DNA of 17,869 nucleotides from Cytophagales bacterium (GTDB taxonomy: Bacteria; Bacteroidota; Bacteroidia; Cytophagales; Thermoflexibacteraceae): positions 1 to 17,869 of the forward strand of contig JAYTNF010000169.1 in assembly GCA_043748455.1 (NCBI GenBank), given 5' to 3'. Position numbers and translations under genes: made by a program. Numbering within the stretch: position 1 is the stretch's first letter; each line of letters begins with the position of its first letter. Positions 15,720 through 17,869 of this stretch are shown one piece after another. The notes beneath the pieces were generated by a model, which ran no database searches, was not told the DNA's origin, and worked only from the letters and a program-made list of their open reading frames with translations.

Positions 15720-17869
15720 TTATTTCCCCACCGAAACCAAATTTGCAAACAACCTGTATGCACCTATCACACCTGCGGGCAATTCTCTAAAAAACGACAA
15801 ACCAGTATAAACATAATAACCTTTTCCATATTTGGCAACCAACAAACTACCATCTTTTGCAGGCTCACCTTTGTCATTACAACTCAATAAAGCCTCATAA
15901 TTTACGTCCCATTTGTTTGGAAAATACAAACCTCGTTCTTGCACCCAACCTTTAAAATCTTCTTGTGTAATTTTATTTGGCGAATTAAAAATCGAATGTT
16001 CTGGTTTTAACATACGCATTTCGGCATCTTCTTCAGTAACTCTATCTCTCGACAAAGTTATTGGGAAAGGTGCAAAATTTGGCGTTACTAATTCTGTAAG
16101 TTGGTTGGCAGTGTTATATTGCACGATAACAGTTCCGCCATCTTCTACATATTTTAGGATTTTGTCTTGATATTTTTTGAGTAAATCATTCGTATTGTAG
16201 GCACGAATACCAAAAACAATGGTTTCAAAACTTGCCAACTTTATGCTGTCTTGCAAAATTGCTTCGTTAATCACCGTAACTTCGCAACCCAATTCTTTCA
16301 AAGCATCAGGAATTGCATCTCCTGCACCTTCAATATAACCTACTTTTTTTACTTTCGTTTGTACATTCATCAACAAAACTTTTGCAGTTGCCTTTGGAAA
16401 TAAAGTTTGAATAGGAATATGTTTATAGTCAATACGAACTAAACTGTTGTCATATTCCACGCTATCAATAGTCAAAACTGCACGCATATTTATTGGTAAC
16501 GGACTAAAGTCCGTTGTACTTGATTTTACTTCAAACTCAAAAGTCTGAATTTTGTCTTTTGTTTTAAGGTCAATATCAAATTCATTGCTTGATGTAAGTG
16601 CTTGATTATCAAATACTAAACGTAATTTTCCCTTAATATTTGCTTTTTGGGCTTGCACTGTTACAGCAATTTTTTCAGCTTTTTGATTATTAACTCCGTT
16701 ATTGACTACGTAAGCTGACTGTGCAAAATTTACGGTTGCAGGTGGCGTAATTTCTAATCTACGATATTTTTCTCCGTCTATATCGTCTGTCCATTTGTGC
16801 AAAACAGGTTGAAAAATCGTAAAAGCTACCTCATTTATTTTGATAGAAAAAGCCATTTTTAAGCGTGGTGTATTTTCGGGCAATCCGATAACTTGCTGAT
16901 TATCAACCATAAACATTCCTTTCTTTTCGGGTTCTATCAACCAATAAGGTTGTGAAATAGGTACTAACTTTGAAATTAAAAACTTGCCTTTGTTCTCTTG
17001 CAATACATTTTCTTTCAAATCAATAGCAATAGGTTTATCCGATAAAATCATAGGAATTGGCAACATTACATCATCGTGATAACGACCTTCGCCGATTAAT
17101 TGCATTTGATAAACCACCACTTTTGCGTTGCTACTTCGTTTGATAATATTTGTAGTAATGTCTAAACTATCTCCTGCAACTGTTGAATAATTTTTAGCAA
17201 AAGCCTCACTCCAAACTCCCGCACAATTCAAAATAATACTTTGTAATTCTTTAGTTTTTTGTGTTTTCCAATAAGAATTAGGCAATTTTTGCATTTCTGC
17301 ATAAATTTCTAGCAATAAAGAAACGGAATTTTCGGGATTTTCTATTTCAAATTTTTGATTAGCTTTTTGCAATGATTTTACTATTTTTTCGCTATTAGCT
17401 ACATTATTCCAAGTTGTATTAATGTTTTCGAGTAGATGTTTGAGTGTTACATTATTATCACTTGACAAATTACTTTTTAGTAATTCCAGATACTCAATTC
17501 TTTGTCCACGCACCGCAGCTACACCAAAACCTTGACTTTTGTGTTGGCTGCGACTTTCGGCTGCAATTTCGCCATAATCTTTACCAAGCAAAACATTAAA
17601 TTTTCCTAAATCTATTGGAATAAGTCCTTTTGTAAGTTCTTCCATTGATTTTTTAGGGTCATTTGGTGCAAAAGTTGGGCGTAAAGGTCGCCAATTATTC
17701 CAAAAAATGCGTTTTGGTTGCCACACTTCCACAAAAGCCAACTGTTCAGGAAATGCGTTTTTATCTCCTGCAATGCCAAAAGCAACCTCTGCCAAAATTG
17801 CCGAAGATGAATGATGTCCGTGTCCTGCTTCCGAAGTTTTTGGAAATCTGGTAATCATAATATCGGGAC
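15720..17869 (-). CDS. Large PIG-L/LmbE-family N-acetylglucosaminyl deacetylase-domain protein (more than 715 aa). The N-terminus is truncated by the window end. The track ORF is 15720..17858, but the frame stays open to the window edge.
   Basis: The N-terminal region ...ITRFPKTSEAGHGHHSSSAILAEVAFGIAGD... is typical of PIG-L/LmbE Zn-dependent deacetylases. There is no stop upstream of the first Met within the window (..PDIMITRF..). A long beta-rich C-terminal extension follows. Confidence 0.7.
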   Translation of the reverse strand, partial: PDIMITRFPKTSEAGHGHHSSSAILAEVAFGIAGDKNAFPEQLAFVEVWQPKRIFWNNWRPLRPTFAPNDPKKSMEELTKGLIPIDLGKFNVLLGKDYGEIAAESRSQHKSQGFGVAAVRGQRIEYLELLKSNLSSDNNVTLKHLLENINTTWNNVANSEKIVKSLQKANQKFEIENPENSVSLLLEIYAEMQKLPNSYWKTQKTKELQSIILNCAGVWSEAFAKNYSTVAGDSLDITTNIIKRSSNAKVVVYQMQLIGEGRYHDDVMLPIPMILSDKPIAIDLKENVLQENKGKFLISKLVPISQPYWLIEPEKKGMFMVDNQQVIGLPENTPRLKMAFSIKINEVAFTIFQPVLHKWTDDIDGEKYRRLEITPPATVNFAQSAYVVNNGVNNQKAEKIAVTVQAQKANIKGKLRLVFDNQALTSSNEFDIDLKTKDKIQTFEFEVKSSTTDFSPLPINMRAVLTIDSVEYDNSLVRIDYKHIPIQTLFPKATAKVLLMNVQTKVKKVGYIEGAGDAIPDALKELGCEVTVINEAILQDSIKLASFETIVFGIRAYNTNDLLKKYQDKILKYVEDGGTVIVQYNTANQLTELVTPNFAPFPITLSRDRVTEEDAEMRMLKPEHSIFNSPNKITQEDFKGWVQERGLYFPNKWDVNYEALLSCNDKGEPAKDGSLLVAKYGKGYYVYTGLSFFRELPAGVIGAYRLFANLVSVGK

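Noticed and set aside
11722-17854. Small ORFs 11722..11937, 12354..12602, 13020..13292, 13470..13751, 15913..16170 and 17663..17854 (all +).
   Set aside because: Each is antisense within a longer, motif-supported minus-strand gene.
1-17869. tRNA, rRNA, CRISPR arrays, integrase or transposase genes that would mark a mobile island.
   Set aside because: None is recognisable in the sequence. The cassette-like nature of the 11.9-15.6 kb operon rests only on gene content and flanking terminators.

Overview
This 17.9-kb window is AT-rich (roughly one-third GC by eye) and the gene content fits Bacteroidota (Cytophagia/Flavobacteriia-like). I support ten protein-coding genes and no tRNA, rRNA, CRISPR array or transposase. 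Reading left to right: (1) A long minus-strand ORF fills 1..4326 and is truncated by the window edge. The six-frame track omits it because its stop lies outside the window. My own translation shows an alpha-2-macroglobulin-family lipoprotein with an intact thioester-type motif, YPYGCVEQ. (2) Two divergently transcribed paralogous genes of about 200 aa share a 132-bp promoter region. Function is unknown, with PD-(D/E)xK-like motifs. (3) A 740-aa 7TM-DISM receptor fused to a PP2C/SpoIIE-type phosphatase. (4) Divergent from it, an 828-aa full-length homolog of the eukaryotic major vault protein (MVP), which is rare in bacteria. (5) A conserved roughly 30-50-bp sequence motif recurs three times in the intergenic regions of this block, suggesting a small regulon. 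(6) After a convergent hairpin terminator comes a minus-strand block. It holds an M50-like membrane metalloprotease (HEMGH) and, upstream of it, a tightly overlapping three-gene operon that looks like a defense-island cassette. Its first gene fuses a type-I-restriction S-subunit-like target-recognition domain to a DUF262/ParB-like domain. Its second gene is an AAA_21/ABC-type ATPase with a Walker A motif, an ENPE Walker-B-like motif and an H-loop. Its third gene encodes a roughly 330-aa protein of unknown function. I regard this operon as the most likely previously undescribed system in the window. (7) A partial, large PIG-L/LmbE-family deacetylase gene with a clean rho-independent terminator. 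All domain assignments come from reading motifs by eye, and no database search was possible.
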